DNA of 63,667 nt, counting the filler, from Rhabdomonas costata (Eukaryota), in the NCBI GenBank assembly GCA_019059605.1. It is 34 parts of 34 records of this genome, joined end to end, with 100 filler letters (N's around TTAATTAATTAA, not from the genome) between each part and the next. Parts side by side here need not be neighbours in the genome. Positions count along the whole stretch, not along the records: positions 24,402 to 26,177 come from JAHMHO010009227.1; positions 26,278 to 28,053 come from JAHMHO010009228.1; positions 28,154 to 29,929 come from JAHMHO010009229.1; positions 30,030 to 31,791 come from JAHMHO010009230.1; positions 31,892 to 33,667 come from JAHMHO010009231.1; positions 33,768 to 35,542 come from JAHMHO010009232.1; positions 35,643 to 37,419 come from JAHMHO010009233.1; 27 more parts are not named here. One strand, given 5' to 3'. How positions within the stretch are numbered: position 1 is the stretch's first letter; the number at the start of each line of letters is the position of its first letter. The position numbers were made by a program, and so were the translations under genes. Positions 24,901-37,519 of the stretch are shown here, one piece after another. The notes under the pieces were generated by a model. That model was not told the DNA's origin, did not search any database, and saw nothing but the letters and a program-made list of their open reading frames with translations.

Positions 24901-25660
24901 TCCCCACACTTCCCCCATTCCCCACCACTCTGTCTCTCTGTCCACCGGGAACCATAGCCGCTCACAAAAGCATGAGACGCTGTCCGCCTGGAAGGAGCGG
25001 GGCAGCAGTTCTACGGAAGACTTGCGAACATGAAAGTCTTCAACTAGTGGGGAAAGAGTCTATCCGCAAAGCGACGCAAAAAACGTGATAAATGCGTATA
25101 AACTTGCAAATGCTGCAAAAAGTTCTCTTTGGGGCTGCAAAAAGGGAGGGAAAAAACAACAGGCACTCAATATATTTCGTGCCCCCACCACCCCACCCCA
25201 CGGGCCAGCCGTTGACCAACTTTGGGGCTTCCTCAACCATAATCGTCCTGGTATCTCGGTACCCTGTCTTAGGACGCATCACCGCCTCATTGCCCTCAAT
25301 AGCCCCTCTTAAAACCCTTGTTTACAACCCGAGGGCTGAATAGTCGGAGGACCTGTTGAAACAATGTCACGAGGGTAACATTTGCTTGCTCCAAGCCGCT
25401 TTGCCCCAAAGGCAGGAGAAAGCTCACAAACTTACCTTCACGGATACGGGGGTACGCGACACTTCCCCAAAGAGGCAACAAAGCAAAGCAAGCAAAGCAA
25501 AGAATTCTACTTTGTAACCACAAGAGACAGAAAGCAAAGCACACACACACAAACAAACATGCGATTCAGCCCTGCAATCACCAAACAACGCACCAGTTCC
25601 AACCAAAGCCCAACACAACACTGCGCCCACAACTCCCATGCATGCGGACAAACAGGCTGG

Positions 25661-26177
25661 TTAGACTCGCGTTACGTTCACGTTACAGAACGACACTGGT
25701 GCGCAGTAAGTGGAGAAGGCAATGCTCTCGGCGTCCTTAACAGGTTCGTCCTGGTCTTCGTACTCCAGAGCGATTGCGCTTTCCTCCGGTCGGAAGAACC
25801 GCACCACAACTTTGCTTACCACTGGCGTGCTCTGCAGGGAGACCTCCAGAACATAGTTGTGTGGCTGCAGAATGTCCAGAGACTCACAAAAGTTGGGAAC
25901 CTCTTTCACGTTCACTTCATTCTTCTTGATAAAAGCTCCACTGGGTCCCCCACGCTTCCAGTCAACAACAACCGTGTACCCCGACCAGTGCTCTGCTTTC
26001 TTGCCATAGCTGACACTCCAAGGCCCGCCTCGGACGGAAAGCTCCACTTTGAAAGAGCTGCCGCGAAGAGGAAAGGGGATGTTGCAGCGATCACCCTCGA
26101 GCTGAGGGAGGACAAACCAGAAACCTGTGCAATCCTCCTGGGGCTTCATTGCAAGCATCGATTTAGCAACCACAACC
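25661..26177 (-). CDS. Unknown protein C-terminal region, probably beta-rich
   Basis: 170-aa open frame from the contig edge to TAA with alternating hydrophobic strands (FKVELSV, YTVVVDW, YVLEVSL). No family recognised. Confidence 0.5.
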
Positions 26178-26281
26178 NNNNNNNNNNNNNNNNNNNNNNN
26201 NNNNNNNNNNNNNNNNNNNNNTTAATTAATTAANNNNNNNNNNNNNNNNNNNNNNNNNNNNNNNNNNNNNNNNNNNNGGTT

Positions 26282-26393
26282 GGGAGCTCGGCGCCTCGGT
26301 GAGCTTTGCCCACCTAAGCCTGCAGGAATTTTTCGCGGCGCACGCCCTGCTGGAACAGCCCAGTCTGCTCTCTGGGCCTCCGTGCAACACCGG
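26282..26393 (+). CDS. Inverted continuation of the NACHT gene (winged-helix motif)
   Basis: ELGASVSFAHLSLQEFFAAHALLEQP matches the NACHT F.H.S.QEF.AA motif but lies on the strand opposite to the rest of the gene. Confidence 0.75.
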
Positions 26394-27930
26394 GGCGCCG
26401 AGCTCCCGAAGCCGCCCCACCCGCAGCGGGGCCTGCCTCAGCATCTCGTCCACAGTCTTCCTCTCTGTCTCCGTCTCAGGCTCGGGCTCTTCAAACAACT
26501 CTCCTGTCGGCGGCGAAGGTGACGACGGAGGGAAGGCAGCGGAAGGGAGAGCCACCAACCCGGCATTGGCGTCCAGTTGGGGCAGGCCTGCACTGCGCTC
26601 TCTGCTCGCACTGCTTCGGAAGCGACGGAGGAAGATCTGCCGCACCACTTTCATCGGCTGGTGCGTCGCCTGCAGCGAGCACAGCAGCACCGCCAGGTCC
26701 TGGCAGGCCTCCAGCCTGGTGGCGGGAGCCGAGAAAGAAGCCTGCAAAGGCGCTGGCAATGAGAAGCTGGAAAACGGAACAGAGGCAGGTGGTGCCGCGT
26801 TTCGTGCTCCGGTAGTGGTGGCGTGGCTGCTGCTGTTCTGCAGAGGCTCCTCCATCAGCAAATGGCGGTATACCTCGCCACGGCTCAGCGCTTGCCGCCG
26901 AGGCTTCTCTAACTCCTTCAGAACCTCCTCCCTCGCTCCGCAAAGCATCGTCGCAAGCGCTGGCGTCCCGATCAGCTCTCGAAGCTCTGGAATCTCCCGC
27001 ACTCGCCTCACAAGAACCTCGGCCAGCTGACAACCCTCCTCCTCGGCAGAATTCTTGGCCCGCTCGTCGTGCTTCCGGACAACCTCCTGGCGCGCGGCCC
27101 GCATCTTTTTCAACACCTCCGGGCAGTCCATATGGGGGTCTTTCTGGCGAACCGCAATCCCAGCGGCAATCATCTCCTTTCCCTCCTCGGCCTGCCGCGG
27201 CTTCAGCTTTTCCTTCGCCAGCACAGGGTCCGTCGCCGCCTCAAATGCAGAGTAACTCAACACCTTATACGCAAGGGCCTCGAAGTCATTCTCCGTGAAG
27301 GGCAGCACCCAGTGCTTCGTGACTTCCACTTCCCTCCCCAGCACCTTGGCGACTGCAACAGAACCGACCCCAACGGCGTCCGGACGAGAGGTCACCACAA
27401 CCCGCCGCAAGGCCTTCCCCACCACCTGATGGAAAAGCCCGACAAGCCCACCCCGCTGGCGCTGCTGCTCCACAGCCTCCCGCACCTTGGGAACCACCTC
27501 GTCCCAGGAGTCCAGGATCAGAACCACACTGCTCTTCTTCGTTTCCTCGAAGTCCGCCTTGCTCACCCCCATCGTCTCCTCAAAGAATTTGGACAGCGCA
27601 GAGGCACTGGACAGGCCCTCGCCCACTATGGGCAGCGATACGAAGATCCCATACACGCCCTTCTCCACGGCCTCCAGAAGCTCGTGGTGGACAAGCAGAG
27701 CTGTGGTGGTCTTGCCCATCCCACCGGAGGACAGTACTATGTCCACGGGCATCTTGCCCTTCCCATCCCAAGCCTTGCCCAAAGCGAGGCCACACAGCTT
27801 CCCCAGGAGCTCGTAGGCCGGCTCGCAGTGCTCCTGGTCGGGGGTGGCCCGCACCGGGATGTGCCTCTGCCGCAGCGGCTCGAACAGGAAGTCCAGCTTG
27901 CGCTGCAGGAACAGCTTCGAGGATAGCCCG
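26394..27930 (-). CDS. NACHT/STAND-class P-loop NTPase (NLR-like), partial
   Basis: Walker A SSGGMGKTT, Walker B VVLILDSWDEV, sensor VVVTSRP, VLPFTEND, GxP motif LIGTPALATML and SRGEVYRHLL. More than 500 codons without an intron. Confidence 0.85.
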
Positions 27931-30900
27931 CGCTGCTCTTCTTCGTTTCCTCGAAGTCCGCCTTGCTCACCCCCATCGTCTCCTCAAAGAATTTGGACAG
28001 CGCAGAGGCACTGGACAGGCCCTCGCCCACTATGGGCAGCGATACCACAACACNNNNNNNNNNNNNNNNNNNNNNNNNNNNNNNNNNNNNNNNNNNNTTA
28101 ATTAATTAANNNNNNNNNNNNNNNNNNNNNNNNNNNNNNNNNNNNNNNNNNNNTGGGGGTCTCTTTCAGGAGAACACCGAGTACTTGAACATGCTGAAAT
28201 GTGCGGTCGCCGACCTTGCGAGGGCGGTGGTGGCAGAGGTAATGTCTTATTTTGTGCATGCCGCTCACCAACAGCGCTCTCTGACTGTTTCTTCTGTTTC
28301 ATAAGCACTCAGAGAAGAGGAGAGAGTTAACCACTGGCGTCGATCGGGGGACATTTAATCATATGCCGTTCGTGACCTTTTCGTCGTGGGCCAGTCGTAA
28401 GTGCAACGGTGATAAAAGCGCTAATTGCAAAGCTCGTCTCACCTTTTGGCGTTCGCGGTGAAGTACCTTTGCAACGGTTTGCCTCCGCCTCCCTCGCTCT
28501 CTCACAGGGATGCGGAGCAGCGGCATTCCACGAGGTTTGTCGTTTGGGATTTTCCTTCCTGTTTTTTTTTGTTGTGTAGGGTTTGTTGGTATGAGCCGTT
28601 TACCTAAAGTCGTGGAAGTCCACAAACGGTGACCTGGTGACCTCAGTTCGAGCTGGCCTTGTTCCAGCAAAGTTACCCCGACCCTTCAGAACAGTCTGCA
28701 GAGCCAAGGACTACAAGGACTCTCAAAAAACAACTGCGAAAATCCTGCGGCAGTTCTTGATATATTTTTGTTTGATAACATCACGTGCACACCTCAACTG
28801 GCCATCTCTAGGATCCGCGTCCTCTGTTGAGGGTCAGTTGAAATGTGTTTTCTGTTAAAAGAGTAAAACAAAGGAACCCCGGGCTCTTTTCACGTCATTT
28901 CTTCGGACAGGTAACACCCCCCCTCCTTTTCTGAATGAGCACATGACAGCTTCAGCTGCTTTTCCTCCTCTTCCACAGAAGCAAAGCATTCTGGAGAAGC
29001 ACCTGTGGAAGTTCTCCGAATGCCACCGAAAGCTTCTTGAAAGGAAAGAGCAGGTGTCGTCTGCTTTTCCTGCGCATATGCGTTCACCAAACCGATCACT
29101 TCGCGAACAAAAGCGATGCGCACAACAACTTAGCACCCCGAAACAATTTTCTGTGAGCGATGAGCACACAGCCGCATCGTTTCTCAGGGCATCCTCCCCA
29201 GCTCCCTTTTTCTGTGGTGGTTGTTCTTTCGTCTCACTCAAGCGTGCACGCGAGGCGAGAAAAAAGAGCAAAGAGGAACCTCAGCGAAACATCATCAGTC
29301 AAAAGAAGGCCAGAAACACTGGGCACTTCTGGGAAGGGGGGACGGGAGGTCGAATGGGTAGACGAGTGGGTTGGGATGTGCTAAAAAGCACGAGGAGCGA
29401 AATCCGGCATGAAAACACACAGTGTGCGTCGGGAAAGTCCAGACAGACACATTTACAAGGGGAAACCGAACCAGGCAGGAGAAGGAGCTCCAACACGGTA
29501 GACAGGAGCTCCAACACGGGAGACAAAAACGGTACTTTTTCTCGCGGGGAGAGAGAGAGACCAGGGAGCAGGCAGCATAGGCTCCGGGTAAGGGAATGGG
29601 AATGGAAATGGAAATGGAAATGGGAATGCAACCGCCTTCTCTCGCGCGTTCCCTACCTGCTTGCTAAGCTCCAGCTTTCGTCTTGTACCTTAATGGTGGA
29701 GCCCGACGCACTGGATTCGCGTGCTGAACTGCGCTGATTTAATGCTTTTTTGGCGTCCAAACTATCCATTTGTCTGGAAGCGTGCCCCGTCACCGCGCAT
29801 CTTGCGATTTGAAGTGGGCCTTGGTGTGGGGCAAGACTGCGTTTTTCAGAAAATTTGCAGGACTCTATCTGGTTTTCAAATGTCCTTTTTGCATCCACTA
29901 TGGGGCGCTGGTGACGGACAACACAACCANNNNNNNNNNNNNNNNNNNNNNNNNNNNNNNNNNNNNNNNNNNNTTAATTAATTAANNNNNNNNNNNNNNN
30001 NNNNNNNNNNNNNNNNNNNNNNNNNNNNNTTTTGGAGAGAGGGTGAGTGCAGTTGACAGGATGAAAGGGGGAGGCAGGGTGCGGTGATGCTGATGACAGG
30101 GTGCTTGGAAACGACGTTAAGGAGGGGGAGGATGCCGAAAAATGCCTGCACAACTGTCTGACTCCATCCTCGGCAGCGTCGGAAAATATCCAGAACGCAG
30201 CACCCCCTCCCTCCCTGCTTCACAGGGATATTTGGGTAGAGCTAATATTTCGTGCTGAACCTCCTGCTGAAGCCACATAACCGTTGGACCAAACATCTAG
30301 TGGTTTGGATTCCTCTGAAAGTGAATGAATGCACCCCAGCTTCCGCGGGGGCGTGTGGGGAAAGCCCCCATGAGGCCCTTTCCGCGGGATGCTACTTTGA
30401 ATGTGAAGTGCTCTGGGTTGAGGCTCATAGGTGCATTTCCGTGGCAGGACTGCGATATTCGGCCCTGCTGCATTGCCCCGTGATCATCATGGGACACCAG
30501 GCAACCTGGCTCCTGCCCCACACCTAAGCACACCATAGGCAATTTCCATGGTCCACAGGAAAAATAAACGTTAAGCAAATGAGAGAACCCCCCTCCCCTC
30601 CAAAAGCCCACTGAAACCCCAAAACTGGGAATTTATTATGTGACATTTACAACACTTGAACTCTTTTCAGCCTGTATCTGTGCCAGTGGTCCTTTGCGGC
30701 TTCCTGTGATGTGCCGTGGGGTCAGTTTTCGGTCTAGCCTGCTTCTCATTATCGTCCACCGTGTCCCATCCATTAGTGTCCACGGAGCAGCCAACAGGGA
30801 AATTTTACACACGAAGTTCATTCACGGCAGGGACACGAAAGCGGTGGAGGGGAGTAACATCAGGAGTGGAAAGTGAGAGATGGGGAGGAAAATGCTCCGG

Positions 30901-31405
30901 AACAGCATTGCAAGTTCCGCCTGAACCCCCTGGAGAGTGTTGTCCCGTTGCGTTTCAGAATAGCGCTGGCTTGTTTTTGTGCGCTGTACTCCTGAAGAAC
31001 AGGGCGGGATGGATCATCGCCGCAGACCATGAAACCACTCTCGTGGGCACATCATCCGAAGAAAACCCAGCTTTGCGGATGCGCAAAGGATATTGTCTGT
31101 GGGGGAGCTTCGCTTGAGCTGTACCGGCAACACAGCTCATCTCTCCACAATCGAAGAAGGGACTGTCAGAAAAGGAAGTGTTCGGGAGTTATATTTTTTC
31201 CTTTCACTCACTTCCCAGTGTGTCTTCCCGTATGCAACTTTCAGGTAACGTAAGTGCCTTCTGCCACTCATTGTGGAGAAGCTCAGGGGACAATATCACA
31301 CCCAATGACAGTTCTCGCAAAGGCATTCCGAATAGCCAGCAGCGGAGGGAAACCCCAACGCCGCTTCTCTATGAAGATCGTTTTCCAGCGTCATTCTCTG
31401 CTTAG

Positions 31406-31624
31406 GACGCTTCTGGGCTTGTGCCCTTGGCCGTTGCCATGGCCGCCCACAACGCCACCGCCTGTGCAGTGCTGGCCGGGCCCACTTTCGCTGCGGAGGC
31501 AATGTCCCCGAATGACGTCTTCGACGAGGCGGCGGCGTCGACGATGCTCCACCACGCCGCGCGGCACAACATGGATGAGTTTGTCACCGTTTTGCTGGAA
31601 AATGGAGGCAGCGTTACTTCGATG
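31406..31624 (+). CDS. Ankyrin-repeat protein exon
   Basis: AG/GT-bounded 219-nt exon: DASGLVPLAVAMAAHNATACAVL..STMLHHAARHNMDEFVTVLLENGGSV. Confidence 0.8.
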
Positions 31625-32552
31625 GTGTGCTGTGCTTCCTTGGGTGTGGCGGGAAGGCCGTGCCCTGGCGGTATTTTGAGCACATTTGTGTGGTGAGTAC
31701 AGGCGATGACTGCAAGGTGCTAATGAAGTGTTCTAAAAGGAAGGGAGGGCACGTATTTTCACCTTGCAGTCATCGCCTGTACACACCACAANNNNNNNNN
31801 NNNNNNNNNNNNNNNNNNNNNNNNNNNNNNNNNNNTTAATTAATTAANNNNNNNNNNNNNNNNNNNNNNNNNNNNNNNNNNNNNNNNNNNNGTCGCTGTG
31901 CGCACGGCAACAAACCGGAGGACAGTGTCAATGCCAAACCTTACCAGCAAAAAAGTAGAAGCCTAGGAAGGTTCGCCAGATTACGCGAATGGGCGAATGG
32001 GGAAAAATTGACGGACCACAAAAACGTGCACAACCAGAGGTTAGCTGTCACGCTTGGGCTGATCCTACTTAACAATCCTACGTGCAACCAGAACTTTGGG
32101 CATCCACTAAGGGAGAAGTTGGGATGGAGGTCGAATCTCAATCAATTTTCCGTTCAAGGTTTCCCCTCAAGAAACCTTTTGGAGAAATCACTTTGACCCC
32201 CCTCCCACTCCGTGACTAGAGCAGCACAGGAAAAGGGAAAGGACGCTGTTACACAGGACATGGGAGATCACAGAACGGCCAGCAATGGAAGAGACATCTG
32301 CGCACGTGCACATGTACACACGCGTGCACTCGCGCCATTGGAATCGGGCAACTGGTCGGAGGTACCCGTAAAATTAGTTGCGAGTTTGCGACCCCCTGAG
32401 TAGACCTGACCAGACGCCAGCTGTGGGGTAGGGTGGGAAAACAGGAATCTTCGCATTAACCGTCAGCCAAAGCCCTGCCAACAAGCCATTACAGAACCTC
32501 CCAATCACAGACACTCGTAAACACCGTGATCCCAAACAAAGGCAAGCCATAC

Positions 32553-33491
32553 TTCCCTTGTCCAGCATGCGGTTCACCGCGACAGTCTTGTAGTGCTCCT
32601 CCATCCTTCGCCGGAAGTGCGCCGTGGCAGACTCTTTCAGAATATCCTACAGCACCAGCACCAGCACCAGCAGACAGCGCCCATCCCATCGCATCCCATT
32701 GCATCCCATTCCGTTTCCATTGCATTGCATTGCATTGCATTCCATTCTCATTCTTAGTGTGTGTGGCGGGGGGGAGGGGGGCAACCCAACCCTCCCCGCC
32801 CAGTTCTCATTGCTCACCTATGCTGAAGAGAAATGCTGCGTTCAGCTGGTTCTAGAAATATTTATCCACAGGAAAGGCTTTCCCCAAACTTCTATGGGGT
32901 ATGCGTAATTGCGGCTGGGCACACGTTGCTGACGCAGAGAATGTCCTCGAGGTCGGCGTTCTGGGTGGCCATCTGGTCGATCAGCGAGTCCTTCACTCGC
33001 ATCTCATCCTCGGCGTACTTGCCGTACCGCAGCACGTCCGGGGGAGCCATGGAGCGGGCTTTCGTGACGCGCTGCTTGCTCTGAGGTGTGTCCGCGTGTG
33101 CGTGTGCGTGTGCGTGTGCGTGTGCGTGTGCGTGTGCGTATCTGTGTGATTGTGTTCGCACGTGTGCAAACAGGTATGTGGTAAGAAGAGGAGGATGAAT
33201 GACCGTGGTAGGCTTCCGACAATGTGCGGGTTAAGTGAAATACCAGGTTCGTGCATCTTTCAGTGACGGTTGCAAACCGCCTGTCGTCTTACGACTCAGA
33301 ATGTAGTCCCAAGCGGGCGCATAACTCAGCCCATACCCCCACGAACTCATACAATGCATTCGAAGAGTCCTCCGTGGAAAGAGCCAAGCAAGGGCTGGCT
33401 CACAACTGCACCGCAGTAAAACCATGCGGCTGGCTGTGCAGGTCTTCTCTTCACGTTCAACTTCCTTATATGCTTTCATCTTTAACATAAC
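32553..33491 (-). CDS. Multi-exon gene fragment, unknown helical protein
   Basis: Exons about 33424-33491, 32925-33080 and 32553-32646 join in phase (..DLEDILCVSN|DILKESATAHFRRRMEEHY..). Confidence 0.6.
32651..32748. repeat. Intronic (CCAGCA)n and (GCATT/CCATT)n simple repeats
   Basis: Directly visible tandem units. Confidence 0.8.
33094..33138. repeat. (GTGTGC)n microsatellite
   Basis: Directly visible, next to the 3' splice site of a minus-strand intron. Confidence 0.9.
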
Positions 33492-34476
33492 TTTACCAAC
33501 CAAAGAACCACTAGCACGTACACATGCTTGCTGCTATTCGGTTCCCGTCTGCGTTATCGGTCAGTTTTAGTCAAACTGAAAGCCAAGTCAACTCCTGTCT
33601 CTTCATTCCCTATACTGTACCATTGGGAAACAAAATTGGGTTCTTGTCACGATACTACACCACCACANNNNNNNNNNNNNNNNNNNNNNNNNNNNNNNNN
33701 NNNNNNNNNNNTTAATTAATTAANNNNNNNNNNNNNNNNNNNNNNNNNNNNNNNNNNNNNNNNNNNNTGTGTTGTTTTCACATAGTTTAAGCTCCATAAT
33801 AGTGCGGAGCCAGAGGCCGAGCCACCGCTTCCCGAGCTTCCCGAACTTCTGTAGAGAATCCGCGCAGACGGGTTGACGCATGTGGCAAACAAGAACATAG
33901 AAAAGAAGAAGGGAAGGTGCACATAGTTTAAGCTCCATAATAGTGCGGAGGAAGGTTACACCTAAACGGGATCCGATGTGCTCCGAGTATTTGGAGCATC
34001 CCCTTCTATGTAAAAATAACTGCCTGCCGCCGACTTGCTCGCCGACATTGGTCGTCATTCTCCCATCCCAAAACGTCACAACAACATTAAGGAAGCAATC
34101 ATTATCATTCGTTGTCACGCCGCCGTGGAATTGTGGAATTGGTGGGTTTCAGAGAGAGGGCGGGGAGGGGGGGAGAATTGGTGCACATCGAGAAAAGTAA
34201 ACACGGGCGAGCACGCCCTACCGCAACAGATCCGTATCCCCAGCGTGGCTACGATCCTGAAACGCAAGAGTATACAGAGACAGGAGAACGTGTCACAATA
34301 CGCAAAGAACCGCTGACATGACACCTCCAGCCATCCTAAAAAGTACGTCCTGCTTTGTTTACACCTAATGCGCGAAACTGTCATGTCTTGGGCAGAAGAA
34401 TTTGCGCGACTCCGCACATAAATCGGGGGATGGGAGGGGGGGCGATTGGGCCGCTAGGAAAAGAGCTAACGAAAAC

Positions 34477-35520
34477 CTTCTCTGAGGCAGGGAATAGGCT
34501 GTCGTGCGGCGCGGCAAAGCGGATGCAAGGCAGCACCAGCTGCGACACAACGAGGGCCCGGACCTCGGAGTAGGGACACTTCTGCGCGCAGAGGAAGCAG
34601 ATGCACAGTCCCTCCCCTGTTTCCACACTCCAAGGAGTTCCCATAGAGGGCACCAGCAAACAGAGTGCACAAATAAAGTTTGAGCATCGCTCTATCGGGA
34701 AGCCGCCACCTCCATTCCTGTCAGCTATGAACAACCTAATCACAACCACTGCGCTACCCCAAACGGAGTTTAATATCTCAGGGGCTGAAAGCACACTCAG
34801 GTGCACACAGCGAGGGGTCAGATGGGTACAAGGTTCGCACCAGAAGTAGCTCCTTCCAGGAGGTGGTGCGACTGAAGCGGAGCAAGAACCCCCGGGCACT
34901 GCGGAGGTGACTGAGGAGTACCCGCGACAGAAGGGCGGCCCACTTCGCGAGGTTCTGTCCCCGAGCTCCGCTGCGGCACACCACGTCCAAAACGAACCGG
35001 GAGATCAGCGCGCCAAACTTGCTGTCCTGTGCAATGAGAAAAAGGGAGTGGGATGTCCTCCGTGACCTGTGCATGTGTGGGATGTGTGTAGCCAGTCCTT
35101 TTACTCGACAGGAGCCCCTCACCAGATCCTATGTGCACCATGTATGCAGTCATCCATGGGTGCAGGATGTACCGAGGAACCGAGGAACCGGATGCACCGT
35201 TCCATAATCACCGTCGTGGGGTTCGGGGACAGCATTCAGAGAGTCATAAGAATCTTCTATGGGTGTCCAGGGGGATAGGGCTCTGTGCGATGTAGAGGAA
35301 AGCGGTGCCATCGCAGCCCCCCAGTTCGTCGGAAATAGGGAGAATGAGGGAACAGGGGAGCAGGGGTGGGTGGCCAGCTGGTGTCCTCACCATAAGTTAA
35401 GCGCACATGAAGAAAACAATCTAAGCAGGAAAGAACCTTCCTCACGGCTCCGTTGGCCCCTGCAGAGGCGACATTCCATACAAACTCCCTGAGCTCGGGG
35501 TCGAAGAGATACTTCTCGGC
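34477..35520 (-). CDS. USP9/USP24/USP34-like ubiquitin-specific protease, region C-terminal to the catalytic domain
   Basis: Phase-0 exons 35446-35520, 34841-35026 and 34477-34581: KYLFDPELREFVWNVAS..ISRFVLDVVCRS..LAKWAALL..WKELLL|KCPYSEVRAL, resembling the family motif EYLLECPSAEVR. Confidence 0.6.
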
Positions 35521-35670
35521 CTATTGAAAAAAACACAAAAACNNNNNNNNNNNNNNNNNNNNNNNNNNNNNNNNNNNNNNNNNNNNTTAATTAATTAANN
35601 NNNNNNNNNNNNNNNNNNNNNNNNNNNNNNNNNNNNNNNNNNTCCGGCACAGGGCTTGCAGGGTGCCCAC

Positions 35671-36194
35671 AGTGCGCTCAAGCTCCTGAAGCTCTTGCTG
35701 ATGCTCCTTCTGTCGCTCCTAAAAACAACACCCTTTTCATGTCAACAAAGCCGAAAAAGAGCGAGTAAATAATCCAGGCCGGACTGATGCAGGCGCACCA
35801 AAAAGCGGTCATACAATGATTCTTTTCATTCGTTTCGTTTCTGTCGATTCTGTAGGATCCTCTTTCTGGCACTCCCCGCACAAATTCACAATGCCTTCAC
35901 ACATCTGAAATGCAATTCTCACATTAGTGAGCGGGTCAGTCATTGATGGCCAAATTATGAGCGGAGGCATTCGAAGCGAAATCACGTCAACCAAACGGCT
36001 CTGATAACTGATGACCGAGAAGTGGCAACTCCCACTGGTGGTGAGCAGAATTTCTCTCCTAACATAGTATCACGGAGCCCGGTGACCTCGGCCGAGGAGT
36101 GACATTGCTGAAGCTCCGCACTGTGCTGTTCCTGAAGCTGCAGGATGTGGTGAGTATGCTCAGCCTTCACGAAGTCAAGCTCCTGTGACATAAC

Positions 36195-36232
<38 letters not shown>

Positions 36233-37108
36233 CCCTGCCCCCTTCCCACGCGGTTCTTGCAAAGCCGATTGAGATCGGATGTTTGGAAAGAGGGCCTCAA
36301 TTGCCGTCCTGGTTTCTGAGCAGTTCCAGATGAGAAGTCTGGTCCACCACACAAGGAATCGCGCATGCGATTGGGACAAAGATACCCTATTTTGATCACT
36401 AAGCACTGGAAGTCGAACCCGCCTCAAGGCAACAGGCAGACGGTTCTTTCCGCGTGCGCAGGAAGCAACTACCTTTCCCTTGCCCTCCAGCTTCAGCGTG
36501 AGGCTCCGCACCTTCGCCTCCAGCTCCCCCTTGAGTGATGGCACCAGCTGAGACTGTGTGGAAGGGAAAGAGAGTCCTTTCGTTCACAAGACACCAATAC
36601 CAACCCTTTCCACACAACGAACAGCGAGAGAGAGTCATAGCAATTCTGAATACGGACCCCTAGTTCACGGTTATGGGGCCATTTGCGTGGTTGCCTCAGT
36701 TCACATATGAACCCACATATCTCACTGGCCGTCTTCCCCTCACAGTGGCAATGAGGTTTCGTGGCAACGCCGAGGCCATTAGCTTTTGCTTTTTCACCCG
36801 GCGGCTTTCTGCTAGTTGATCCATTGCAGCAGCGGGCGCCTGCGCGATAGAGGCTTTGATTGAGAGTAAACTGATACGGACAAAACCATGCTTTCGTGAC
36901 CGTCTAAAATGACGGCAAAGGCCTTGGCATGTGTAAAAATCGAGAGTACACCGATAATCGTGAACCAGCCCGATAATCGTGAACCAAAATGAGATTAACT
37001 AAGGCTACCAAGTGAGTGGCTTGGCGAAGCTCGGCCAGCGTGTCGGTGTGCTCCTTCTGCAGAGTGTCCAGCTGCCACTGAAGGCTCTCGACTTTGGCCT
37101 GATACTCC
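35671..37108 (-). CDS. Coiled-coil protein, several short exons
   Basis: AG/GT-bounded exons: EYQAKVESLQWQLDTLQKEH, LKGELEAKVRSLTLKLE, ELDFVKAEHTHHILQLQEQH, ERQKEHQQELQELER. Confidence 0.55.
36198..36229. repeat. (AG)n microsatellite
   Basis: Directly visible; on the minus strand it forms the pyrimidine tract of an intron. Confidence 0.95.
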
Positions 37109-37519
37109 CTATTCGGCAAATGCGTGCGCGTCACGACACATGACACAAAGTGGCAAAATCTGGGAAATTAAGTAGAGTTGTAACAAACCTATAAAAGAGA
37201 ACAGTGTCCATTCATCAGTTGTGACTTTATTTTGGGTTCACTTCCAAGAAAATAGTGCACCACAATTTCCAGTGTGCCAACGTTCCACACAACGCACCTG
37301 GCTAGCGTGGGGCGATGGAAGGGCTAGAGTGGAAGAATCGGAAGAATGGAGGGGATGGAAGAGCACAGGAAAAAGTGCACAAGAACAGGAATGGGATGGA
37401 AGAAACAACAGCAGCAGCANNNNNNNNNNNNNNNNNNNNNNNNNNNNNNNNNNNNNNNNNNNNTTAATTAATTAANNNNNNNNNNNNNNNNNNNNNNNNN
37501 NNNNNNNNNNNNNNNNNNN

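Noticed and set aside
27529-28045. 113-bp direct duplication within the NACHT gene (27529-27641 and 27933-28045)
   Set aside because: Identical copy at the contig end that breaks the reading frame; most likely a chimera or misassembly.
33779-33950. About 31-bp direct repeat
   Set aside because: The first copy starts right after the G/T primer-like end; likely a chimera.
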